NCBI RefSeq assembly: GCF_004765795.1
Contig: NZ_SBIV01000001.1
Span: 434,001 to 498,000 of the forward strand
From: Halorussus marinus
GTDB lineage: Archaea > Halobacteriota > Halobacteria > Halobacteriales > Haladaptataceae
Reading direction: 5' to 3'
DNA: 64,000 nt
The notes under the pieces were generated by a model that was not told where the DNA came from, did not search any database, and was given only the letters and a program-made list of their open reading frames with translations. The translations under genes were made by a program, and so were the position numbers. Positions 28,837 to 39,800 of this stretch are shown piece by piece (position 1 is the first letter of the stretch; every line of letters starts with the position of its first letter).

Positions 28837-29995
28837 CGTCGACGCCCACGACCACGGGCCGAACTGCGACTGTGAGAGCTGTGGGGACCCGCGGTCGATG
28901 GACTTTCTCGACAAGTATCTCACCGTCTGGATCTTCGGCGCGATGGCGATCGGCGTCGGCGTCGGCTTCCTCGCGCCGTCGGTGACCCAGCCGATCCAGC
29001 GCTTCAACCTCGTGGAGATCGGGCTCGTCCTGATGATGTATCCGCCACTGGCGAAGGCCGACTACTCCCGGCTCCGGGCGGTGTTCAGCAACTGGCGCGT
29101 GCTCGGGCTGAGCCTGATCCAGAACTGGCTCATCGGCCCGACGCTGATGTTCGGGCTCGCGGTCGTCTTCTTCGGCGGCGTCGTGCCCGGTCTGCCGGCC
29201 CGCCCGGAGTACTTCCTCGGGCTCGTGTTCATCGGAATGGCCCGGTGTATCGCGATGGTCTTGGTGTGGAACGAGCTCGCGGAGGGCTCGACCGAGTACG
29301 TGACCGGGCTGGTCGCGTTCAACAGCCTCTTCCAGATCGTCACGTACGGCGTGTACGTCTGGTTCTTCGGGCTCGTGCTCCCGCCGCTACTGGGCATGGA
29401 GTCGCTCGTCGACGGGATCACGGCCTTCGACATCACGCCGATGCAGGTGTTCGAGGCCATCGTGGTCTTTCTCGGGATCCCGTTCGCCGCGGGCTTTCTC
29501 AGCCGCTACCTCGGCACCCGCCTCAGAAGCGAAACGTGGTACGACGAGGAGTTCGTCCCGAAGATCGATCCCCTGACGCTGATCGCGTTGTTGTTCACGG
29601 TGATCGTGATGTTCGCCACGCAGGGCGAGAACATCGTCGCGGCGCCGGGCGACGTCTTGCTGATCGCGGTGCCGCTGACGATCTACTTCGTCGTGATGTT
29701 TCTGGTGAGCTTCGGGATGGGCAAGGGGATCGGCGCGGACTACTCGACGACGACCGCGATCGGCTTCACCGCCGCCTCGAACAACTTCGAACTCGCGATC
29801 GCGGTCGCGGTCGCGGTGTTCGGGGTCGGTTCGGGCGTCGCGTTCACGACCGTCGTCGGCCCGCTGATCGAGGTCCCGGTGTTGCTCGCGCTGGTCCACG
29901 TCGCGCTCTACTTCCAGCGGCGGTTCGACTGGACCGGCGCCGCGACCGGACAGCTCGGCCCCTCCGTTTCGGGGTCGGCCGCCGAAGACGACTGA
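28829..29995 (+). CDS. acr3: ACR3 family arsenite efflux transporter
   Basis: LDKYLTVWI, MMYPPLAK, ARCIAMVLVWN, ASNNFELAIAVA, GPLIEVP. Confidence 0.95.
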   Translation: MSDVDAHDHGPNCDCESCGDPRSMDFLDKYLTVWIFGAMAIGVGVGFLAPSVTQPIQRFNLVEIGLVLMMYPPLAKADYSRLRAVFSNWRVLGLSLIQNWLIGPTLMFGLAVVFFGGVVPGLPARPEYFLGLVFIGMARCIAMVLVWNELAEGSTEYVTGLVAFNSLFQIVTYGVYVWFFGLVLPPLLGMESLVDGITAFDITPMQVFEAIVVFLGIPFAAGFLSRYLGTRLRSETWYDEEFVPKIDPLTLIALLFTVIVMFATQGENIVAAPGDVLLIAVPLTIYFVVMFLVSFGMGKGIGADYSTTTAIGFTAASNNFELAIAVAVAVFGVGSGVAFTTVVGPLIEVPVLLALVHVALYFQRRFDWTGAATGQLGPSVSGSAAEDD

Positions 29996-30121
29996 GCGCG
30001 CTCCGATTCCGCATGGACGGGTCGACGCCGCCGGTCCGATTCGTCTCGCGTTCGGCCGGGACGAACGGGCCAGATAGACGGCGTCCTCGGTTGAGAGTCC
30101 GCAATTGGTTCGCCGGTTCGC

Positions 30122-30322
30122 TCAATTGCGCGGTGGGTCTCTCTCAGAAGTGACAAACAGAACGACGAGTGCCAGTCCAAAAGACGTCGCCGACAGCGGT
30201 TTCCAGTTTCCCGTCTCCCCGACGTGGTACGTGGCTACACAGACTGCTAAAATTCCCGCCAGGGATACGGCAACCTCTACTTTCTCGTCGACGACGAGTT
30301 TCGGTACTGAGCCCTCACTCAT
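30122..30322 (-). CDS. Small hypothetical 2-TM protein in a lower-GC tract
   Basis: MSEGSVPKLVVDEKVEVAVSLAGILAVCVA...FGLALVVLFV; AT-rich TATA-like stretch about 25-30 bp upstream. Confidence 0.45.
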   Translation of the reverse strand: MSEGSVPKLVVDEKVEVAVSLAGILAVCVATYHVGETGNWKPLSATSFGLALVVLFVTSERDPPRN

Positions 30323-30752
30323 GATAGACGACATTAACAAATTAAATTATAACTATTGTGTTTTTCAGCAGGGAGTGTCACGTTCACACTGCACACCAAA
30401 CGATTCACGCTCTGGATTGCTCGGCGACTGTTCGGAGTTGCTTCTTAGCTGGCGTCTTCGGCAAGGGCCGAAGCCCGCTGAGCCAGAAGATACCCGAATT
30501 CTAGGCGGGAGTAAGCGTGCGAACTGACGAAGTCTCTCCTCCGACTATCTGAACTGCTCGAACTGTTTTCTATATAGCAAAATACGATTTACTTGTTCGC
30601 TTCGGATCGGACGCCCGCGCCACAACGGTAACATCTCCGATACTAATTGCGTGAATACGAGGCGATGGCCGCGATCGCGGCTCCCGGACTGATATACCCA
30701 CGCACTTGCACATAGAAAGGCATTAATCCGCGCTGTCTGTACAGATGAGTGA

Positions 30753-32864
30753 ATGAGTCTCTCCGAGCCAGACCGCGAACTGGTCGTCGCCGAACTCGGC
30801 CGGGAGCCGACCCCGGCGGAGGCGGCCCTGTTCGAGAACCTCTGGAGCGAACACTGCGCGTACCGGTCCTCGCGACCCCTGCTCTCGGCGTTCGACTCCG
30901 AGGGCGAGCGGGTCGTCGTCGGTCCCGGCGACGACGCCGCGGTCGTGGAAGTCGCCGACGGCACGTACATCACGATGGGCGTCGAGAGCCACAACCACCC
31001 GTCGTTCGTCGACCCCTACGACGGCGCGGCGACCGGGGTCGGCGGCATCGTCCGCGACACCCTCTCGATGGGTGCGTACCCGATCGCGCTCGCGGACTCG
31101 CTTTACTTCGGCGACTTCGACCGCGAGCACTCCCGGTACCTGCTGGAGGGCGTCGTGGAGGGTATCAGCGACTACGGCAACTCGATCGGCGTTCCGACGG
31201 TTGCGGGCTCCACGGCGTTCCACCCCGACTACGAGGGCAATCCGCTGGTCAACGTCGCCTGCGTGGGACTGCTCGACGACGAGCGGCTGGTCACCGCCGA
31301 CGCGAAGTCGCCGGGCAACAAGCTCGTGCTCGTCGGGAACGCGACCGGCCGGGACGGTCTCGGCGGCGCGAGCTTCGCCAGCGAGGACCTCTCGGAGGAC
31401 GCCGAGACCGAAGACCGGCCCGCGGTGCAGGTCGGCGACCCCTACACCGAGAAACTGCTGGTGGAGGCCAACGAGGCGCTACTCGACGAGTCGCTCGTCG
31501 AGGCGGCCCGCGACCTCGGGGCGGCCGGGCTCGGCGGAGCGTCCTCCGAGATGGTCGCGAAGGGCGGACTCGGCTGTGAGATCGCGCTCGAACGGGTCCA
31601 CCAGCGCGAGCCCAACATGAACGCGCTCGAAATCCTACTCGCCGAGTCCCAAGAGCGGATGTGCTACGAGGTCCGCCCGGAGAACGTCGAGGCGGTCGAG
31701 CGCGTCGCCGAGAAGTACGATCTGGGCTGTTCGGTCATCGGCGACGTCACCGAGGGCAACTACGTCTGTACCTTCGAGGACGAGGTCGTCGTCGACGCGC
31801 CACCGGAGTTCCTCGCCGACGGCGCGCCGATGAACGACCTGCCCGCCACAGAGCCCGCAGGGCCAGAGCGCGATCTGCCCGACCCCGACCTCGAATCGGC
31901 GTTCGAGGCGGTGGTCGAGAGCCCGAACACCGCGAGCAAGCGGTGGGTCTACCGCCAGTACGACCACGAGGTACAGGTCCGGACCGCGACGCCGCCCGGC
32001 GACGACGCGGCGGTGTTGGCGCTCCGGGACGCCGAGAAGGGGCTGGCGTTCGCTTCGGGCGCCGACCCCAACTGGACGGCGGCCGCGCCCTACGACGGTG
32101 CCCGGGCGATCGCGCTCGAAAACGCCACCAACCTCGCGGCGAAGGGTGCGACGCCGCTCGCGGCAGTCGACTGCCTCAACGGCGGCAACCCCGAGAAGCC
32201 CGAGGTGTACGGCGGCTTCGAGGGCATCGTCGACGGCCTCGCCGACATGTGCCGCGAGCTCTCTGTGCCCGTCGTGGGCGGCAACGTCTCGCTGTACAAC
32301 GACTCGCCGTCGGGACCGATCCCGCCGACCCCGACGCTCGCGATGACCGGCACCAAAGCCGGGTACGATGCGCCGCCCGCCGCCCTCTCCGGTGAGGGCA
32401 CGCTCCTCGTCGTCGGCGCGGACGGAGGCTCGGGGCTCGGGGGCTCGGAGTACCTCGCGCAGGTCGGCGGAAGCGACCGGTTCCCCGAACTGCCCGCGAA
32501 TCCCGGCGAGGTCGTCTCCGCGCTCGCGGCGGTGGCCGACGCCCCCGAGACGCTCGCGGTCCACGACGTGAGCCACGGCGGGCTCGCGGTCGCGCTCGCC
32601 GAGATGGTGACCGACTCGGCCGGCGCGAGCGCCGAGGTCGAGACCGTCGAGGCGCTGTTCGCCGAGACGCCGGGCCGGGCCGTCGTCGAGACCACCGCGC
32701 CGGACGCGGTCCGCGAGGCGTTCGACGGCGTGGCGCCCGTGGCTGAACTCGGCGAGGCCGACGGCTCGGGGACGCTGGAACTGTCGGTCGGCGACGAGAC
32801 GCTGTCGTACGATGCGGCCGAGATCGCGACGCTCCGGGACGTGCTCGGGCGCGAACTGGCCTGA
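30753..32864 (+). CDS. purL: Phosphoribosylformylglycinamidine synthase subunit PurL
   Basis: [45 protein letters not shown]. Confidence 0.97.
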   Translation: MSLSEPDRELVVAELGREPTPAEAALFENLWSEHCAYRSSRPLLSAFDSEGERVVVGPGDDAAVVEVADGTYITMGVESHNHPSFVDPYDGAATGVGGIVRDTLSMGAYPIALADSLYFGDFDREHSRYLLEGVVEGISDYGNSIGVPTVAGSTAFHPDYEGNPLVNVACVGLLDDERLVTADAKSPGNKLVLVGNATGRDGLGGASFASEDLSEDAETEDRPAVQVGDPYTEKLLVEANEALLDESLVEAARDLGAAGLGGASSEMVAKGGLGCEIALERVHQREPNMNALEILLAESQERMCYEVRPENVEAVERVAEKYDLGCSVIGDVTEGNYVCTFEDEVVVDAPPEFLADGAPMNDLPATEPAGPERDLPDPDLESAFEAVVESPNTASKRWVYRQYDHEVQVRTATPPGDDAAVLALRDAEKGLAFASGADPNWTAAAPYDGARAIALENATNLAAKGATPLAAVDCLNGGNPEKPEVYGGFEGIVDGLADMCRELSVPVVGGNVSLYNDSPSGPIPPTPTLAMTGTKAGYDAPPAALSGEGTLLVVGADGGSGLGGSEYLAQVGGSDRFPELPANPGEVVSALAAVADAPETLAVHDVSHGGLAVALAEMVTDSAGASAEVETVEALFAETPGRAVVETTAPDAVREAFDGVAPVAELGEADGSGTLELSVGDETLSYDAAEIATLRDVLGRELA

Positions 32865-33069
32865 TCGGCGCGGGCGCCACTCCGGCGTTCGGCGGCAGTG
32901 ATAAATCCTCACCCGCGATACGTTCGGCCGGCGCCCGGTCGCCGAGACCGCGATCTCGATGCGGACGGGCCGCGATTTCGGTGCGGTCGGGCGAGAGCGC
33001 GATGGGGGGAATCTCGATCCCGTCGAGGTCCCCAATCGCTTTTGTAAGTTGGACAACGTGATCTGGACG

Positions 33070-34524
33070 ATGACGGACCTCCTGATTCACGATGCGATCG
33101 TCGTGACGGTGAATCAAGAGCACCAGATCCTGAAGAACGGCTCCGTTCGAGTGACCGACGGGGTCGTCTCGTCGGTCGAACCCACCGAGCCCGGCGATCG
33201 GGATTCGGACGCCGAACGCGTGATCGACGCCAGCGGCAAGGTCGTGATTCCCGGTCTCATCGACGCCCACCGCCACACCGACTTCACGCTCGTCCAAGGG
33301 CTGTTCAGTGAGCTCTCGGGCGACGAGTTGCTCAAGGAGGCCTTCGCGTTGTACCACACCGCCGAACCGCTCTTGGGCGACTCCTTTTTCGAGGCCGCGT
33401 GGCGACTCGCCTGCCTGCGTCAACTCACGCACGGAGTCACGACGGTGAACGCGATGGACTTCACGCCGGAAATCGGAGCGTCGGCGATCGGTGCGAGCGG
33501 GTTACGCGGCGTGATCGGGCCGGAGCTCGCGGACTTTCTCGCCCCCGCGTCCGCGGCCGAACAGCTCCGGGCCGCCCGTCGGTTCATCGAGGCCTACCAC
33601 GACACGCACGACGGACGCGTCACCGCGAGCATCGCGCCCGGCGGGGAAGTCGGCTGTTCGCGCGAGCTCTGGGAGGGCGTGGCCGAACTCCGCGCCGACT
33701 ACTCCGACTTGCGGCTCCACACGCATCTGTACGACTCCACGGAGGCGGACACGATGGCGGCCGGAAGTGGCGGTGACGATCCGCTCGACCTGCTCGACCG
33801 GTACGGTCTCCTCGACGAGCGGACGCTGGTGACCCACCTGTTACACGCAGACCGGGACGCCGCGCGCCGGATCGCCGCCAGCGGCGCGCACGTCCTTCAC
33901 TGTCCGACGGTCTACAGTTACTTCCGGGCGGGCGAGCGAACCTGGTTCCCGCTCCCGGCGCTCCGGGAGTTCGGCGCGAACGTCGTCGTGGGCCTCGACG
34001 ATCCGTTCTGGTTCGACTCCTGGGACCTCTTCCAGGAAGCCAAACACGCCCGCCTGCTGGCGAACTTCGAATACGGAGCCCAGCAGTGGTCCTCGTACGA
34101 CCTGCTCAAGATGCTCACCATCGACGCCGCGCGCGCGCTCGGACTCGACGATCGGGTCGGGAGTATCGAACCCGGGAAGCGCGCCGATCTGGTCGTCGTG
34201 GACGTCGACACGCCCCGCCACCGCCCCTACAGCAATCTCCCGTCGGTACTGATGAACACGGTCACTGCGGGCGACGTCGAGACGGTCGTCGTCGACGGCG
34301 AGGTCCTCGTGGAAGACCGATCGGTCAGGTCGATGGACGTCGAGAGTGTTCGGGCCGACGCGAGGCGGGAGCGCGAACGCCTCCGGACCCACACCGCCTG
34401 GGAGACGTCGCTGGCCGGCAGCACACCCCCAGACGAATCTCTTCTCCGGCGCGTTGCCCCGCGCCCGCTGTTGAGAGCAGTACGGCAGTACGGCCGGGGC
34501 GTCGTCGCACAACACCGGTGGTGA
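33070..34524 (+). CDS. Metal-dependent amidohydrolase (MTA/SAH deaminase or AtzA-like)
   Basis: IPGLIDAHRH, LHTHL, HCP, GLDD, GSIEPGKRADLVV, VETVVVDG. Confidence 0.85.
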   Translation: MTDLLIHDAIVVTVNQEHQILKNGSVRVTDGVVSSVEPTEPGDRDSDAERVIDASGKVVIPGLIDAHRHTDFTLVQGLFSELSGDELLKEAFALYHTAEPLLGDSFFEAAWRLACLRQLTHGVTTVNAMDFTPEIGASAIGASGLRGVIGPELADFLAPASAAEQLRAARRFIEAYHDTHDGRVTASIAPGGEVGCSRELWEGVAELRADYSDLRLHTHLYDSTEADTMAAGSGGDDPLDLLDRYGLLDERTLVTHLLHADRDAARRIAASGAHVLHCPTVYSYFRAGERTWFPLPALREFGANVVVGLDDPFWFDSWDLFQEAKHARLLANFEYGAQQWSSYDLLKMLTIDAARALGLDDRVGSIEPGKRADLVVVDVDTPRHRPYSNLPSVLMNTVTAGDVETVVVDGEVLVEDRSVRSMDVESVRADARRERERLRTHTAWETSLAGSTPPDESLLRRVAPRPLLRAVRQYGRGVVAQHRW

Positions 34525-34611
34525 GCGGAGTCGCGTCCGAGCGGGGATCGTTCACGCCGGTTCGAAACATCGGGGGACGACTGAGAGCCACCGAGCGAGG
34601 CGGCCCCCGGA

Positions 34612-34648
34612 TTGTAACCGGCTGTTACAAGAAGTTACTAGCCGTTAC
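34612..34648. promoter_or_regulatory. Phased GT(A/T)AC box array with a perfect inverted repeat
   Basis: TTGTAAC-N5-GTTACAA (34612-34630); GTWAC starts at 34614, 34624, 34634 and 34644. Confidence 0.6.
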
Positions 34649-34679
34649 GCTTATGTCGGTCGCCCCGCACGTTCGACGT

Positions 34680-34982
34680 ATGTCGGAGCCAGTCCGGATA
34701 CGAGACGACGACTACGAGGCGATCTCGGCCGCCCAAGAGGTGCTGGGGCTCTCGTTCCCCGAGGTGCTTCACCTCAGTCTGAACACCGACGTTTTGAGCG
34801 GGAGTCCGGCCCAGAACGCCCGGCGAGCGATCCAGTACTACTACACGTACATCGTCGAGGAGTACGACGACGTCCACGAAGTGCCGGTCGAGGACCTGAC
34901 GTTCGACGGCGCCGATCAGGCGAAGGCCGGACTGACCGTCGGCGCGGAGAAACACGAGCGCCGCCGGGCGAACGCCGAGTGA
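34680..34982 (+). CDS. Small hypothetical protein, possible RHH DNA-binding N-terminus
   Basis: MSEPVRIRDDDYEAISAAQEVLGLSFPEVLHLSL (strand-helix-G-x-S-helix); acidic composition. Confidence 0.6.
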   Translation: MSEPVRIRDDDYEAISAAQEVLGLSFPEVLHLSLNTDVLSGSPAQNARRAIQYYYTYIVEEYDDVHEVPVEDLTFDGADQAKAGLTVGAEKHERRRANAE

Positions 34983-35152
34983 CCGCCCGGAGTCGCCGCC
35001 CCGTTCGGTCGAAGCCTCGGTAGAGACACGCTACGCCGACGCCGTCGGACCGTCGCTCGCCGCGCGTTCGCCCCGGACTTGAGTCTGGCGCTCGGGGCCG
35101 GACCGGCCAGTTGGCCACTTGCTTTGTGTATCTGCGTCCAATGGTAGTACAC

Positions 35153-36643
35153 ATGCCAGACGACTTCTCGATAGACGCCGACTGGAACGCGCTTTACGTC
35201 GACGGCGAGTGGACCGACTCCGCCGGCGACGACGCCGTCGCGGTCGAGGACCCCTCGACGCGCGAGGCGGTCACCGAGGTCCCGGCCGGCGTCGAGGCCG
35301 ACGTCGACGCCGCCTACGAGGCCGCCGCGGCGGCCCAGACGGAGTGGGCCGACCAGCCGCCCGCCCGCCGCGAGGAGGCCGTACAGGAGTTCCTCGGCGC
35401 GCTTCAGGCCCACAGCGACGAGATCGTCGAGTTGCTCGCCCGCGAAGCCGGCGGCTCCCGGATCATGGGCGAGACCTCCGTCCAGATCGCCGCCGACCAC
35501 GCCGCCGAGGCGGCCACGCTCACTCGCCGGATGAAAGGCGAACACGCCGACTCGAACATCCCGGGCAAGGAGAACGTCGTCGAGCGCGGTCCGAAGGGCG
35601 TAGTCACGGTCATCTCGCCGTGGAACTTCCCGCTGAACCTCTCGATGCGGGCGGTCGCGCCCGCCATCGCGGCCGGGAACGCGGTCGTGCTCAAGCCCGC
35701 GACGAACACGCCGATCACGGGCGGGCTCCTGTTCGGCAAGCTGTTCGAGGAGGTCGGGCTCCCCGACGGCGTCCTCAACGTGGTCACCGGGCGGGGTTCG
35801 GACATCGGCGACCGGGTGGCGGGCCACCCCGAGAGCGACGTGGTGGCGTTCACCGGCTCGACATCGGTCGGCCGGCAGGTCGCGGCCACCGCCGCCGAGA
35901 ACCTCGCGGTCCCGACGATGGAACTGGGCGGGAACAACCCCTTCGTGGTGACCGCCGACGCCGGCCTCGATCGGGCGCTCGACGCCGCGTCGTTCGGCTC
36001 GTTCGTCCATCAGGGGCAGGTCTGTATCTCCATCAACCGCCACATCGTCCACGAGGACGTCTACGACGAGTACGTCGACCGACTCGCCGAGCGCGCGGCC
36101 TCGTTGCCCGCCGGCTCCGTCCACGACGACCAGACGGTCGTCGGCCCCATCATCGACGAGTCCCAGCGCGACGAGATGCTCGGCTACGTCGAGGAGACCG
36201 TCGAGGCGGGCGCGACCCTCGAAACCGGCGGCGAGACCGTCCCGGTCGACGGCGTCGACGACTCGCTCGTCGTCGCGCCCACGGTGCTGTCGGGCGTGAC
36301 AAACGACATGGCCGCGGCGTGCAACGAGCACTTCGGTCCGATCGCGCCCGTGATCCCGTTCTCGGACCTCGACGAGGCGGTCGAGATCGCGAACGACACC
36401 GAGTACGGCCTGTCGAGCGCGGTCCACGCGGGCGACCTCGGGGTCGCGAAGGACGTCGCCGACCGGCTCGAAACCGGCCACGTCCACATCAACGACCAGC
36501 CGATCAACGACGAGGCCCACGTCCCGTTCAGCGGGACCAAAGCCTCCGGGATGGGCTCGTACAACAGCGACGCCTTCCTCGACGAGATCACCGAGACGAA
36601 GTGGGTCTCGATCCAGCGCGAGCCCCGCGAGTACCCGTTCTGA
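35153..36643 (+). CDS. Aldehyde dehydrogenase (benzaldehyde/vanillin DH-like)
   Basis: PWNFP, FTGST, MELGGN, GQVC (catalytic Cys), EHFGP, YGLS. Confidence 0.93.
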   Translation: MPDDFSIDADWNALYVDGEWTDSAGDDAVAVEDPSTREAVTEVPAGVEADVDAAYEAAAAAQTEWADQPPARREEAVQEFLGALQAHSDEIVELLAREAGGSRIMGETSVQIAADHAAEAATLTRRMKGEHADSNIPGKENVVERGPKGVVTVISPWNFPLNLSMRAVAPAIAAGNAVVLKPATNTPITGGLLFGKLFEEVGLPDGVLNVVTGRGSDIGDRVAGHPESDVVAFTGSTSVGRQVAATAAENLAVPTMELGGNNPFVVTADAGLDRALDAASFGSFVHQGQVCISINRHIVHEDVYDEYVDRLAERAASLPAGSVHDDQTVVGPIIDESQRDEMLGYVEETVEAGATLETGGETVPVDGVDDSLVVAPTVLSGVTNDMAAACNEHFGPIAPVIPFSDLDEAVEIANDTEYGLSSAVHAGDLGVAKDVADRLETGHVHINDQPINDEAHVPFSGTKASGMGSYNSDAFLDEITETKWVSIQREPREYPF

Positions 36644-36724
36644 GCCCGCCGATCGCCGCTGGGACGCCAACGGCGAGTCCGGTCGGTCGCCCCCGATTTT
36701 TCGGTCGACGCATAACGCCGCCAC

Positions 36725-36796
36725 CGAACATGTCACGGTGTGACGAACACGTTCCGGAGCGTCCCGAGTAGCTGAGAACGTGGTTTCCGGTTAAAG
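36725..36796 (+). promoter_or_regulatory. Promoter region of the molybdoenzyme operon with CGAA-N4-TTCG-like sites
   Basis: CGAACATGTCAC (36725-36), GTCAC-N3-GTGAC (36732-44), CGAACACGTTCC (36744-55), TTAAAG (36791-96). Confidence 0.5.
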
Positions 36797-36867
36797 AGTT
36801 GGACACGCCGAGTGTCGGGTATGGCACGCCAGCCGACACGATGCCGGACGAACCGAGGTGAGCACGC

Positions 36868-39800
36868 GTGAGCCTCTCGCGACGCGACTTCATCAGGGGC
36901 GCGGGAGCGGGCGCGGTCGGCTCGCTACTCACCAGCGGGTGGGGCGCGACCCAGAGCATCGACCCCGTGACCGAGGTCGACAACCCCCTGCGGGGCTACC
37001 CCAACCGCGACTGGGAACAGGTGTACCACGACATCTACGCGTACGACGACGTCGACTGGACGGTGTGTCACCCCAACTGCACCCAGTCGTGTGCGCTCAA
37101 CTTCTACATGAAAAACGGGATCCCGATCAGGGCCGAGCAGGTCTACCACAACGAGGAGTCGAGCGTCGGCCCGTCGGGCTACGAGGACGCGGATGTCAGC
37201 CAGAACTGGAACCCCCGCGGGTGCATGAAGGGGCTGACGCTCCACCGCCGGACCTTCGAACCCAGTCGCATCAAGTACCCGATGGTCCGGAAAGGGTGGG
37301 ACCCCGACGACCCCAACCCGGAGGGCCGCGGCGAGGACGAGTTCGAGCGGGTCTCGTGGGACGAGGCGATCGATCTGGTCGCCGAGAAGATGGCGAGCCT
37401 CGACGACCGCAAACGGTTCCACATCTTCAACGCGATCAAGGCCGACGGGCTCATCACCCGCCACGGCGCTGGCCGGCGCCTCGCCTCCATCTTCGGGGGC
37501 TGTGAGTGGACCGAGTACGACTGGTACGCCGACCTGCCGCCGGGCCACGTCATCACGACGGGCTACCAGACCTCCGACGCCGACGCCGCCGACTGGCGCA
37601 AGGCCGACTACACCATCATCCAGGGCAAGAACCTCATCCACAACAAGCTCGCGGACAACCACTGGTTCCAGGAGATGCGCGAGCGCGGCGGCGAGATGGT
37701 CGGCATCTACCCCGACTACTCGCCGACCGTCCAGAAGTGCGACCGGTGGCTCCCCATCCGGCCGGGGTCGGACCCCGCGATCCCGCTCGGGTTCGCCCAC
37801 GTCATCATCAGCGAGGAGCTGTACGACCCCGACTTCGTGCGGAAGTTCACCAGCCTGCCCCTGCTGGTGCGGGCGGACGACGACAAGTACCTCCGGGCCC
37901 ACGAGGTGTTCGACGACCACGAGGCTCCCCCGGAGGACAGCCACGAACGCCACGAGAACGACGACTGGGGCGACTTCGTGGTCCTCGACCAGAACGGCGA
38001 CCCCGTCGCGGTCACCCGCGAGCAGGTCGGCGACGAGATGCCGGCGACGCCCCGACTCGACGCCGAGACCGAGCTCCGACTCGCCGACGGGTCGACGGTC
38101 GCGGTCGAGACCGACTTCTCGCGCCAGAAGCGCAACGTGCTGGAGAGCTACTCGCCCGAGCAGGTCGAGGAGATCACGACGGTCCCGGCCGACGCGATCC
38201 GGAAGACGGCGCGGGAGTTCGCCGATGCCGAGAACGGCCAGTGGTTCACCGGCGAGGGCATCAACCACTGGTTCCACGGTAACTCCGAGCTCCAGCGCTC
38301 GATCTTCTTCGTCCAGTCGATGCTCGGGAACGTCGGCAAGCCGGGGTCGGGCTACTACAACTACTCCGGCCAGTACAAGATCGAACTCCTCGACGGCTAC
38401 CCCGAGTACGTCAACCCCGACGGTCACGCGGCCCACGGGATGTACCCGGGGTACGCCTTCGCGTTCTTCGGCGGCGAGCAGTTGGACCCCCACGAGATCC
38501 GGGGCGATTTCGACCGGGAACTAGATCTCGTTCCGCAGGGCGACGCCGAGGAGCCGGTGATGCCGGAGGGGGCCGAGACGTACACGATGTCCAAGCCCAC
38601 CGTGTTGTGGACGATGAACTGCAACCTCCTGAACCAGACCAAACATCAGGAGCACGTCGTCAACAACTTCGTCAAGCACCCCGAGACCGAGAACGAGCTG
38701 TTCGTCGTCTCGGACATGCACATGACCTACTCGGCCCGCCACGCCGACGTCGTGTTCCCGGCGCCGTCGTGGCTGGAGTGTGAGTACCCCGACATCACCA
38801 TCGGGCCCGAGAACCCCTTCATCACGATGGACCACGGCGTGATGGACCCCATCTACGACACCAAACAGGACGGGGAGGTGCTCGCGCTTGTCGCCGAGAA
38901 GCTCGACGAGAAGATTCCGCCCGAGGAGCGCACCGTCGACTCGTACCGCTCGTACTTCGAGAAGTTCCTCGACGACGACGAGGACGTCTGCGATTACATC
39001 CAACAGACCCTCGATGCGGGGATCACCACTCAGGACATCGACGTCGAGGACCTCGAAGACGGGCCCGAGCGTCTGAATCTCAAGACCTACCCGCGGGTTC
39101 CGTTCTACTCGCAGGTGCACGACGATCGGCCCTTCTACACCAAGACCGGCCGGATGGAGTTCCACAAGGAGGAAGACCGGTTCGTGGACCTCGGACGCGG
39201 CGACCTCGACCACATCGAGAGCGTCGAGGGGACGCCATACGGCGTCAACGAGAAGTGGCCCGAGGCCGGCGAACAGGAGAATCCCCTCTACCACGACGAG
39301 GGCTACCAGTTCTACTACAACACGCCCCACAGCAAGTACCGGACTCACTCCTCGTGGGGGATGACCGACTGGAACCTGATCTGGTCGGCGCGGGACTTCG
39401 GGTCCACCAGCGCCGACCCCGAGGGCACCGAGCGACTCGTCGACGACTTCTCGTTCCCCGAAGGCGACGGCCAGACCAGCGACGCGCCGCCGCTCGGCGA
39501 GGCGTTCGTCGAGATTCATCCGAGCGACGCCGAGGACATCGGCGTGGAGAACGGCGACTACGTGCGCATCTCGGGCAAGCGCGGCGGGACGGTGGTCCGG
39601 GCGATGCTCAGCGAGCGCCAGCGCCCCGGGAAGGCGGGCGACATGGGACAGTTGACCCTCTGGCACGGCTGGTGGCCCCAGCACTTCCCGGACGACGAGG
39701 AGAAGGGCGACGACGAGGTCAAGGGGTTCAACACGACGACCAACATCTGGCTCGACCCCGGCCAAGAGACCGACGACCTCGTCCACAAGGCGGTGTTCGG

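Noticed and set aside
30524..30553. CTGACGA followed by a short AGTC/GACT stem, resembling a hammerhead ribozyme core
   Set aside because: The required GAAA after stem II and the flanking stems are not evident.
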